Positions 1 through 6,418 of a stretch of 10,950 bases of DNA are shown here, piece by piece. Within the stretch, counting starts at the first letter, position 1; each line of letters opens with the position of its first letter. The notes under the pieces are model-generated. The model was not told the DNA's origin. It saw nothing but the letters and a program-made list of their open reading frames with translations, and ran no database searches. Origin of the DNA: a virus (Duplodnaviria; Heunggongvirae; Uroviricota; Caudoviricetes); IMG/VR virus record IMGVR_UViG_3300037455_000402, positions 1-10,950 of that record, one strand, 5' to 3'. Made by a program: the position numbers and the translations under genes.

Positions 1-5
1 GATTA

Positions 6-14
6 TGATATAAT
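6..14 (+). promoter_or_regulatory. Extended -10 promoter element (TG-A-TATAAT); -35 lies outside the window
   Basis: TGATATAAT followed by ATATATAG, the same downstream motif seen at other promoters in the window. Confidence 0.65.
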
Positions 15-39
15 ATATATAGTAAAGGAGTTGAGGAAA

Positions 40-234
40 ATGAGTATATACACCGTAAACAAGCGTTTCGCCGAGCAGTTCCCCGATTACACCGTCACAG
101 TAATGCCGCCTTGCATTTCCCCTAATCATGAGAGTGAATATATTACAACAGCAAAGGCGGTTGCTCTTGGTGATATTAAATCGTCAAGTGTTGTAATCTT
201 CCACGACCGCAAAGAAATAGTTTATTGTAGATAA
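40..234 (+). CDS. Hypothetical phage protein, 64 aa
   Basis: ATG at 40 after AAGGAG/GAGG RBS; promoter upstream, terminator downstream; TAA stop. Confidence 0.7.
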   Translation: MSIYTVNKRFAEQFPDYTVTVMPPCISPNHESEYITTAKAVALGDIKSSSVVIFHDRKEIVYCR

Positions 235-239
235 GGAAT

Positions 240-262
240 GCCGCCCTTCGGGGCGGTTCTCT
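240..262 (+). terminator. Intrinsic terminator
   Basis: CCGCCC-TTCG-GGGCGG hairpin (cUUCGg loop) followed by a pyrimidine tail, just after the stop codon. Confidence 0.65.
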
Positions 263-327
263 CTCCAATCAAGTTAGTGTCTGCTAACTGGCCCGGGCCG
301 CCGTTAGGTTATACTAACAAAAGACTA

Positions 328-356
328 TTGACAAGGCGGCGAAAGTATGTTATAAT
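328..356 (+). promoter_or_regulatory. Consensus sigma-A/sigma70 promoter
   Basis: TTGACA-17 nt-TATAAT with extended -10 TG. Confidence 0.85.
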
Positions 357-388
357 ATAAATACAGTAAAGGAAAGGTGGTCATACAT

Positions 389-667
389 ATGGCTAAATAT
401 TTTTTAGGTTATTTCTCTAATGGTTACTGCGGTTGCGATGAGGCTCACGGCTTTATTGCAGAAGATGAAGAACAGGTTCGCAAGTACTGCGAAGATATGC
501 TTCCTGAGTATGCAGATGATTCAATCGTGGGTTGTCTCGATGAAGATGAACAGCAGGACGAGGACGCAATGGAAGCGTACTATGCAGAGTGCTTCGTTGA
601 AGTCGAAGAGGTTTCAGAAGAGAAAATGAGAGAGGAAATGGACGACGAAGAACCATTCATTTTGTAA
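389..667 (+). CDS. Small, very acidic hypothetical protein, 92 aa
   Basis: ATG at 389 after GGAAAGGTGG RBS; own promoter; 31 D/E versus 5 K/R. Confidence 0.85.
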   Translation: MAKYFLGYFSNGYCGCDEAHGFIAEDEEQVRKYCEDMLPEYADDSIVGCLDEDEQQDEDAMEAYYAECFVEVEEVSEEKMREEMDDEEPFIL

Positions 668-692
668 AAAGAAAAAATTATATCCGTAGGGG

Positions 693-721
693 TTGACATT
701 CTTGCCCCTATGTGATATAAT
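693..721 (+). promoter_or_regulatory. Consensus sigma-A/sigma70 promoter
   Basis: TTGACA-17 nt-TATAAT with TG. Confidence 0.85.
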
Positions 722-746
722 AAGTATAGTAAAGGAGTTGATACAA

Positions 747-980
747 ATGGAATGGAACAAAGCCATTCGCAAACTGTTTTCTAAAGATTATATCGTTACT
801 CTCACTTTCTATCTCTCAGAGGGCGGCGCTCCCTACAATGGCAAGTATGAGATAACAAATGCAAAGGACGATATTTCCGCTATTATGGCGGCAAAGGAAG
901 AGTTTTACTCTCAGATAACAGACGGCTATTCTAAGCCACTCCCAGACGGTAAACTTGAAATCAATTGCGTAAGAAAGTGA
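747..980 (+). CDS. Hypothetical phage protein, 77 aa
   Basis: ATG at 747 after AAGGAG RBS (the track's TTG start at 693 is the -35 box); TGA stop. Confidence 0.8.
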   Translation: MEWNKAIRKLFSKDYIVTLTFYLSEGGAPYNGKYEITNAKDDISAIMAAKEEFYSQITDGYSKPLPDGKLEINCVRK

Positions 981-990
981 GGTTAGTTAA

Positions 991-1398
991 ATGAGTTACA
1001 ATAGAAGAATAACAGTTCTCTACGGTGTAAGACTTCCACAGCTTTCAAGAGAAAATTGGGAAGAAAAGTTAAATGATTTTCTTTCTACTGACTTCGGTCT
1101 TAACAGTGGAATAGTCGGCGACTGTGCAGAGTACAACAGCATTGACCGAAAAGAGGTTGACAGCGAACTCCTCTATGAGTACATAGGCGAATCAGGTTAT
1201 TTAATCAGTGATGAATTTCTCGACAGTGATTTCCTCGGAGAAAATATTTTAACAATCGAGGACGATGAGGGTAGCAACTGGCGAGACTTACGAGAGATAA
1301 GCGAACAGACGTTCGATATGGGTATTATCGGTCAGTTGGTCTATGCTCTTTTCCCTCTCTCCACTCCGGCGCCATACTTAATTGATTGGGTAATTTAA
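991..1398 (+). CDS. Acidic hypothetical phage protein, 135 aa
   Basis: GAGG RBS; operonic with the upstream gene; TAA stop inside a terminator. Confidence 0.85.
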   Translation: MSYNRRITVLYGVRLPQLSRENWEEKLNDFLSTDFGLNSGIVGDCAEYNSIDRKEVDSELLYEYIGESGYLISDEFLDSDFLGENILTIEDDEGSNWRDLREISEQTFDMGIIGQLVYALFPLSTPAPYLIDWVI

Positions 1399-1412
1399 TT
1401 ACCCAATTTTTT
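1385..1412 (+). terminator. Intrinsic terminator
   Basis: ATTGGGTAATT/AATTACCCAAT inverted repeat followed by a T run. Confidence 0.7.
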
Positions 1413-1506
1413 ATGCCCATTTAGTTAAAACATTTTACTTTAAAGCATTAAAGTGGCCCGGGCCGGATCCAGGGTCCACATGTTAGTCTCTACTAACAAA
1501 AAGGTA

Positions 1507-1535
1507 TTGACAACGCCGCGAAAGTATGGTATAAT
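1507..1535 (+). promoter_or_regulatory. Consensus promoter with no downstream ORF
   Basis: TTGACA-17-TATAAT; near-duplicate of the 290-365 module, including the upstream GGCCCGGGCC and GTTAG-N6-CTAAC. Confidence 0.75.
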
Positions 1536-2155
1536 ATATATAGAATCCGGAAGGCAGAGGGTAAGAGGAAAGTGCAACCACGTGTTAGTCTATACTAACA
1601 TGGCCCGGGTCACTTTACCAGTTTAAAGCGCAACCATGGCCCGGGCTTTTGTTAAAATTTTTAACTAATTCACAAAATGTTTACACCCCGTTCATACGGA
1701 GTCAATATTTGTATGGTATAATATACAGGGGGAGCGCTTTGCTTTAGCGCTTTAAAGCGTTAAAGTTAAAAGATTTAACAATACCCGTCAACATATTTAA
1801 CTAAGTCGTTTCGGAGGGGCAACCCGGGGGAGGGACGCCGTGCGGGGCGTACTGTTCCCAGGAGCTGCGTCAAGGAGCTGCAAAGGAGCTGCAACTCGAA
1901 TGAGCTGCGCCCGGAAGGGTGGTGGGGTGGGAGCTCGGACCAAAGGAGCTGCGACGTAGGAGCTGCGACCCGGGCCGTTTTGTTAAATTTTTTAACAAAT
2001 TCTGTCAAGTTCTTGACAATTATTGCGCGCCGCGGCGCAATTTTGTTAAAATTTTTAATTAAAAATGCAAAGGAGCTGCAACTTGACCTCTTTTTGTCAA
2101 GGTTTTCGCAGCTTTATTATAATATTTTTATTTTTTTATATATATTTCCCCTTTA

Positions 2156-2184
2156 ATTATACCAAAAATTTAGAGAAAAGTCAA
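2156..2184 (-). promoter_or_regulatory. Orphan sigma-A promoter
   Basis: TTGACT-17-TATAAT with TG on the minus strand. Confidence 0.6.
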
Positions 2185-2355
2185 TATTTTACTACCTTAG
2201 AAAAAAAACCTCATGAAAATCTTGACTTTCGTGCGGGGCGCGCCACCATTTTTGTTAAAAATTTTAACTACCTCAGGAGCTGCATCAGAGCTGGAAAATT
2301 GCGATTCTGAGCGATTTTTCCATAGCGTTCGGACCATAAAATTTCAACCCATTCT

Positions 2356-2384
2356 ATTATAACACAAATTTCATAGAAAATCAA
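2356..2384 (-). promoter_or_regulatory. Orphan sigma-A promoter
   Basis: TTGATT-17-TATAAT with TG on the minus strand. Confidence 0.5.
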
Positions 2385-2823
2385 TAGAAAAATGGCTAAA
2401 AAATTATTGAGTGAAACTATTGACTTTTGCTTGCGACGGTGCGCAGCAATTAAAATTCATAGGGTCGTTTTTGAAGGAGAGAGCGGAGATTTGTGTCGGT
2501 TAAGGTCTTTGGCTAAGAGAGACGAACTTTGGGGCGTCTTGGGTTACCGTTACACTCGGAGCTTTTAAACTTTTGTTTCCCTTCCCCTTTTTATTCTTGC
2601 GCCCCTTCCCCCTTCTATTATAATTGTTCTTCCCCTTCCCCTTCTACCTAAGCCCCTTCGCCTTCATTCTCTTGCTGGTTCTTCCCCTTCGGGGTTCTCC
2701 TTGCCTTCGAGTTGCCGCCGTTCGACTTTTCAATTGGTCCTTCCCCTTTCCCCTTTCCCCTTCACCTTCCAACCCCCTTCCCCCTTTCCCCTTCTTTAAT
2801 TAAATTTTTTAACTAACTAACCT

Positions 2824-2859
2824 AAAAAGCTCCTGCCAGTTCTTCAACCAGCAGGAGCC
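2824..2859 (-). terminator. Intrinsic terminator
   Basis: GGCTCCTGCTGGTT-GAAG-AACTGGCAGGAGCT 14-bp stem (G-U pairs form only on the minus strand) followed by TTTT. Confidence 0.75.
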
Positions 2860-3394
2860 TTCTCGGTTAACCTTTTAACTTTTCTCTTGGGTTCTTCGCT
2901 GCATCAAGCCCGCTTCGCCCATTTCATTTTTCACACTACGGCTTGTTTCAGCCGCTTTAATCGCCGCTATTCAATACACAATAATCAATTAACTTACTTA
3001 CTGCATTGGACTTACCTCTTTCTTTTTAAACTGGGCGCTGCTACCGCAACCTCTTCCCAGCTCTTATATTCCGCATTTTTCATCGGTCTATTTCAACGCC
3101 AGACGCTTGACGCTAAAACCTTTATTATATATATTAAAACTTTTATTGAAAAACTTTCTCTGTTCTGCCGCCATTCGGCAAATCTTTTTCTCTATTCTAC
3201 CCCATTCAACTGAACCCCACTTAAATCTTTTGCTCATTTCTTACCCCGACTTTAAAGGTTTTCCGCAATCGGCTCACTCACCTCTCGCCCCTTTAATTAT
3301 TATTATATTATATATTATATAATATATATTATTTAATATATGTATTATTTCTGGATTAAATTTTAATCCACAAGAGTTCAATTTCTGATTTTTC

Positions 3395-3745
3395 TTAGGA
3401 TTTCTCTTCGCCGCCATACCCGCTCTCAATGAACAAGTACCCCGTCAAGTTTTCATAGAGTTCAACCTCTACGAGATACCCTTTCTCAATGAGTTCTTTA
3501 ACGGCGGCAAGGTAAGTATTCTTTGCTATGCCGCAAGCCTAACAGGCATCGACTGCACTCAATCCAAATTCGTAATTTGTTTGATGACGATTTAGGTAAC
3601 ACCATAGCTTAAAAGCATTTGGCTTCAGGCGTTTCATAGCCCCCTCTAAAGCCGCCATATTGAAGATTGAATACGGGTTATCTTTATTAGACTCGGCTTT
3701 TATCGTGCGGATTGCTTTCTATCCGCTATAAAGTTTCGGTAACAT
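3395..3745 (-). CDS. Winged helix-turn-helix DNA-binding protein, 116 aa, with two in-frame TAG codons (read-through)
   Basis: GAGGTGG RBS + ATG; MLPKLYSG*KAIRTIK...AFKLWCYL...LSAVDAC*ACGIAKNTYLAAVKELIEKGYL...KS-TAA; the wHTH pattern continues across TAG at 3719-3721 and 3539-3541. Confidence 0.8.
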
Positions 3746-3759
3746 ATCCCACCTCTTTA

Positions 3760-3786
3760 AATTGAAGAGGGGGAGTGAACCCCCTC
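3760..3786 (-). terminator. Intrinsic terminator or attenuating hairpin
   Basis: GAGGGGG-TTCACT-CCCCCTC followed by TTCAATTT, 5 nt after the TGA. Confidence 0.6.
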
Positions 3787-3791
3787 ATTAC

Positions 3792-4199
3792 TCAGGCAAG
3801 AGTCCAGACGTTAACCTCTCTGCCCTTTGCTCTGTCCTTAGCCATAAGAACCACAGGGTTCTCAGCCTTTGCAGCCTTGCCAAGGAGAGAAGCAACCTTG
3901 TTAGGAGTTACCTCAACGCCCTTAGCCTTAAGAAGCTCAACTACCTCAGCAGAAGTCTTCTTCTTGCCCTTCTCGAGGACAGAAACCATTGCGTTAGTAA
4001 GAGTTGCATCAGCAGATGCCTTAGCGAGTGCCTTCTCGGAAGTCTTTCTCTTCTCGTTCTTCTCGTCGAGCTTTGCGAGTCTTGCCTCAGCGAAAGCCTT
4101 AAGGTCAGCGGAAACGGGAGTCTCAGTACCCTCAAGTGCCTCGAAGAGTGCGAGTACCTCTGCCATTGCCATTCTCTCAGTAAACTTAGTAGCAGCCAT
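3792..4199 (-). CDS. Lys/Ala-rich hypothetical protein, 135 aa, probable coiled-coil plus C-terminal winged-helix DNA-binding domain
   Basis: ATG at 4199 with GAGAGG RBS; strongly biased codon usage (AAG, GCA/GCT, CTC/CTT); own promoter. Confidence 0.85.
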   Translation of the reverse strand: MAATKFTERMAMAEVLALFEALEGTETPVSADLKAFAEARLAKLDEKNEKRKTSEKALAKASADATLTNAMVSVLEKGKKKTSAEVVELLKAKGVEVTPNKVASLLGKAAKAENPVVLMAKDRAKGREVNVWTLA

Positions 4200-4285
4200 A
4201 ATAGCCTCTCTTTCTCCCACTGTAAGGCGGTGGGCGCCATTTGAATTAGGTTTTTTAAAGGTCTCTCTCAACCTTTTCTATATAT

Positions 4286-4314
4286 ATTATAGCATAGATT
4301 TTAGATTTTGTAAA
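4286..4314 (-). promoter_or_regulatory. Repeated phage promoter
   Basis: TTTACA-17-TATAAT with TG, followed by ATATATAGAAAAGGTTGAGAG. Confidence 0.8.
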
Positions 4315-4342
4315 GATTTCTGTTATCTAAAATCTTTTTAAA

Positions 4343-4462
4343 TCCTTGCGGCATCTTCAGCTAAGAGTTTGACTAACAGGGACTAATGCCTTACTCCCCT
4401 GCCGCCCCGCATTAAGCGACTCGGTCTTGCTATGAGTTTGCTCTCTGTTTTGATTACAAGGA
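4343..4462 (-). ncRNA. Putative structured RNA (motif B, copy 1) in the tRNA-Asp trailer
   Basis: Closed by TCCTTGT/GCAAGGA; internal hairpins; shares GGGAGTAAGG..TTAGT with 5341-5443. Confidence 0.4.
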
Positions 4463-4465
4463 CAG

Positions 4466-4542
4466 TGGCGAGCACGAAGGGACTCGAACCCTCAACCTCT
4501 CGGGAGACAACCGAGCGTTCTACTCATTTGAACTACGCACCC
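4466..4542 (-). tRNA. tRNA-Asp(GTC), encoded CCA
   Basis: Cloverleaf; anticodon arm CTCGG-TTGTCTC-CCGAG; TTCGAGT T-loop; G73-CCA. Confidence 0.92.
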
Positions 4543-4551
4543 ATTTAATTG

Positions 4552-4780
4552 AGCTGGAAACATTTTATACTCGCCTTTACTGGTCTCACGCTTATCAGAC
4601 ATATCTGCTTCGCCGCCGCCAGCTTTCTAACACTTTTCCTTACGGCTACTCAGAGCCGACAGGTTCGTTATGCGGAAGGACCTGTAACAACCGCGGGCAG
4701 CATTTACCTCGTGCCCTCGCAAGGTAGTCACCTATAGGGGCAACTCCCTGCTCGGTTTTCTTACAAGGAGAACCGAACTA
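4552..4780 (-). ncRNA. Putative structured RNA (motif A, copy 1) between tRNA-Glu and tRNA-Asp
   Basis: No ORF; several hairpins; shares three ordered sequence blocks with 4868-5150; boundaries approximate. Confidence 0.45.
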
Positions 4781-4788
4781 AACCTTTG

Positions 4789-4863
4789 TGGTAGCGGGTA
4801 CGGGACTCGAACCCGTGTCTCTCGGCTGAGAACCGAGCGTCTTAACCACTTGACTAACCCGCC
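4789..4863 (-). tRNA. tRNA-Glu(CTC), encoded CCA
   Basis: Cloverleaf; anticodon arm CTCGG-TTCTCAG-CCGAG; acceptor GGCGGGT/ACCCGCT. Confidence 0.95.
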
Positions 4864-4867
4864 ATTA

Positions 4868-5150
4868 ATACTGTTTGGTGACTAACCTTTCCACTAACAG
4901 TTTAGCGACTTACCACAGTTTAACGTCTACCAAGGTAAGATATCATCGGGTCGTTTCGTAAACCAACGATAGCACTTTCGAGAGTCACTCAGGGCGCAAC
5001 ACTATTCCCTACGGACAACTATACCGCGAAGGCAGATAACAACTGCGTGTCCCCTTTTACTTCTAACGCCAGCGGAGTTTGCGTTTCTTCGTATTTTAAG
5101 ACACCCCGAAAGAAGAGCCGCCGACCAGATTTTTACTTCCTGTCGCTCCA
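4868..5150 (-). ncRNA. Putative structured RNA (motif A, copy 2) between tRNA-Lys and tRNA-Glu
   Basis: No credible ORF; hairpins; shares blocks with 4552-4780; boundaries approximate. Confidence 0.45.
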
Positions 5151-5156
5151 GAAGAT

Positions 5157-5232
5157 TGGTCGGTGTGATGGGACTCGAACCCACACCCTACTGATTAAGA
5201 GTCAGCTGCTCAACCAATTGAGCTTCACACCG
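5157..5232 (-). tRNA. tRNA-Lys(CTT), encoded CCA
   Basis: Cloverleaf; anticodon arm GCTGA-CTCTTAA-TCAGT; acceptor CGGTGTG/CACACCG. Confidence 0.95.
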
Positions 5233-5269
5233 ATTTATTTATTTGTCTTTCTCAACCTTTTCTATAATA

Positions 5270-5298
5270 ATTATATTATAATTTTTATAGAAAGTCAA
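5270..5298 (-). promoter_or_regulatory. Repeated phage promoter driving the Lys-Glu-Asp tRNA/ncRNA unit
   Basis: TTGACT-17-TATAAT followed by TATTATAGAAAAGGTTGAG. Confidence 0.8.
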
Positions 5299-5340
5299 GT
5301 TTTTCTTAATCTTATTTTTTTATTGAAAAGAGAAATAAAT

Positions 5341-5443
5341 TGGTATCGCCCGTCGTGAGAACTAACCCTTACTCCCTACTGGCTTGCCGCCAGACTTACG
5401 ACTAACAACGCATTGACTTTAGGCTTCACTACATATGGCGATT
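5341..5443 (-). ncRNA. Putative CCA-ended structured RNA (motif B, copy 2)
   Basis: ATCGCC/GGCGAT terminal stem + ACCA; GTCGT/ACGAC stem; CTGGC-GGCAA-GCCAG hairpin. Confidence 0.45.
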
Positions 5444-5521
5444 ATATCAGCCTGAGTTCTTCACCGCAACAACCGTGCTTTGTAGGTTTCATTTATTTCT
5501 CTCTCAACCTTTTCTATATAT

Positions 5522-5550
5522 ATTATAATATAATTTTTAAGAAAAGTAAA
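5522..5550 (-). promoter_or_regulatory. Repeated phage promoter
   Basis: TTTACT-17-TATAAT followed by ATATATAGAAAAGGTTGAGAG. Confidence 0.8.
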
Positions 5551-5572
5551 GATTTAAAAACCTTAGAATTTT

Positions 5573-5965
5573 TTACAGTTCTGTGAGAGTATTACCAGTT
5601 ATGACTGACTCATAACCGTCATACTCATCAATACGAATAAGAGTACCCTTCTTATACCAGTCGATGTAAAGACCATCTGCACCGCCGCAGTAAACATCGT
5701 TATAACCGATAGAAGCACAATACTCTTTGAGAGCTGCTTCATCAATGTCTTCGATATTCCACGGACCTTCAGGAGCTTCAGAAGTTGTAACTGTTGCATT
5801 AACAATCAGCCACTCAATTATTCTGTGGTCAAGTGCAAGGTCAAGTTCACCTTCACCTTTATAAGAGTTCCAAGTGGACCAGCCTGCACCATATCCTGCG
5901 GAAACAAGAACGCCTACCCAAGGCTATCCCTCTTTATCATACTTTACATATTCCTTAATTGCCAT
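5573..5965 (-). CDS. Conserved phage hypothetical protein, 130 aa, with one in-frame TAG (codon 14)
   Basis: AAAGGAAG RBS + ATG; MAIKEYVKYDKEG*PWVGVLVSAGYGAGWSTWN...YCGGADGLYIDWYKKGTLIRIDEYDGYESV...EL-TAA; the GYGAGWSTWN/IDEYDG motifs resemble a recurring phage family (from recall). Confidence 0.82.
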
Positions 5966-5996
5966 TTAATATCTTCCTTTCTTTGACTGAAATTTT

Positions 5997-6116
5997 TGGT
6001 GGAGCCTGCGGGCATTGCACCCGCACCTCGGGGCTCCCCAGCCCCGCGTGCTGCCTAAAACTGACTTTCCTAAAGCGTCCTCTAAGTAGTATCGGTCCGC
6101 TTGACACCCAAGCCCC
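5997..6116 (-). ncRNA. tRNA-like RNA, 120 nt, Ala-type acceptor, greatly expanded D-loop, 8-nt anticodon loop
   Basis: GGGGCTT/AGGCTCC-A-CCA (G3:U70); GTGT/GCAC D-stem; CGGGG-CTGGGGAG-CCCCG; GCGGG-TGCAATG-CCCGC. Confidence 0.7.
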
Positions 6117-6117
6117 A

Positions 6118-6327
6118 TATTAAACACTAAATAGCTGACATAGCTTCCATTATGTGGTGGAATCGAACCACCTATTCTACGATTGGCAGCTGACATAGTG
6201 GATTTCTCACTCTCTTTCTTGCGGCGTGAGCTGTACAATCTCACTAAAGAGCGTCCGAATATTTTCCAAGCCGTTCCTCTCTCTTATCGTTTCCAGACTC
6301 GCTATGCCAGCTATTTAGTATTTAATA
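6118..6327 (-). ncRNA. Structured RNA with a 27-bp terminal helix and a tRNA T-arm (Y-RNA/YrlA-like candidate)
   Basis: 6118-6144 and 6301-6327 are fully complementary on the minus strand (2 G-U pairs); GGTGG-TTCGATT-CCACC at 6156-6172. Confidence 0.65.
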
Positions 6328-6334
6328 ATTTTAC

Positions 6335-6411
6335 TGGTGCGGTTAGAGAGACTCGAACTCTCAAGACTTCGGTTCTTAGCCGAAGATGTCTGCCAGTTGC
6401 ATCATAACCAC
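6335..6411 (-). tRNA. tRNA-Leu(AAG) with a short variable loop, encoded CCA
   Basis: GTGGTTA/TAACCGC-A-CCA; TTCGG-CTAAGAA-CCGAA; GAGAG-TTCGAGT-CTCTC. Confidence 0.88.
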
Positions 6412-6418
6412 ATTTAAT

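Larger units (their letters stand above)
1436..2815. repeat. Non-coding multi-motif repeat region (possible origin, terminus or genome-end control region)
   Basis: 7x AGGAGCTGC (1860,1873,1884,1944,1958,2071,2275); 5x GTTAA-N5-TTAAC-like palindromes; GTTAG-N6-CTAAC; GGCCCGGG; CCCCTT tract at 2578-2793; no credible ORF. Confidence 0.75.

Noticed and set aside
420..656. Alternative-frame ORFs 420-629 (+) and 453-656 (-); likewise 8628-8816 and 9576-9782
   Set aside because: Nested in better-supported genes
1860..2283. CRISPR array
   Set aside because: Repeats are only 9 nt with irregular spacing; no cas genes
3064..3237. Minus-strand 57-codon frame MSKRFKWG... with one TAG
   Set aside because: Weak RBS, crosses an AT-rich tract, no recognisable motif; not counted as recoding evidence
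1775..3322. Track ORFs 1775-2008, 2065-2310, 2887-3213 and 3107-3322
   Set aside because: Low-complexity translations of repeat or pyrimidine-rich DNA without an RBS
3762..4341. Plus-strand ORFs 3762-4244 and 3775-4341, and minus-strand 3941-4240
   Set aside because: Shadows of the codon-biased 3792-4199 gene; no RBS or promoter support
4340..5156. HDV-like theta ribozymes at tRNA 3' ends, known from recoded gut phages
   Set aside because: I could not build the nested double pseudoknot by eye, and these tRNAs already encode CCA; a motif search is needed to exclude them fully
5442..5492. 16-aa ORF MKPTKHGCCGEELRLI downstream of the promoter at 5522
   Set aside because: Too short with only a weak RBS; may simply be the leader of the downstream RNA
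3395..5965. Interpreting the TAG-containing genes as pseudogenes
   Set aside because: All four interruptions in three genes are TAG, with no frameshifts or TAA/TGA breaks, and the RBS and motifs are intact
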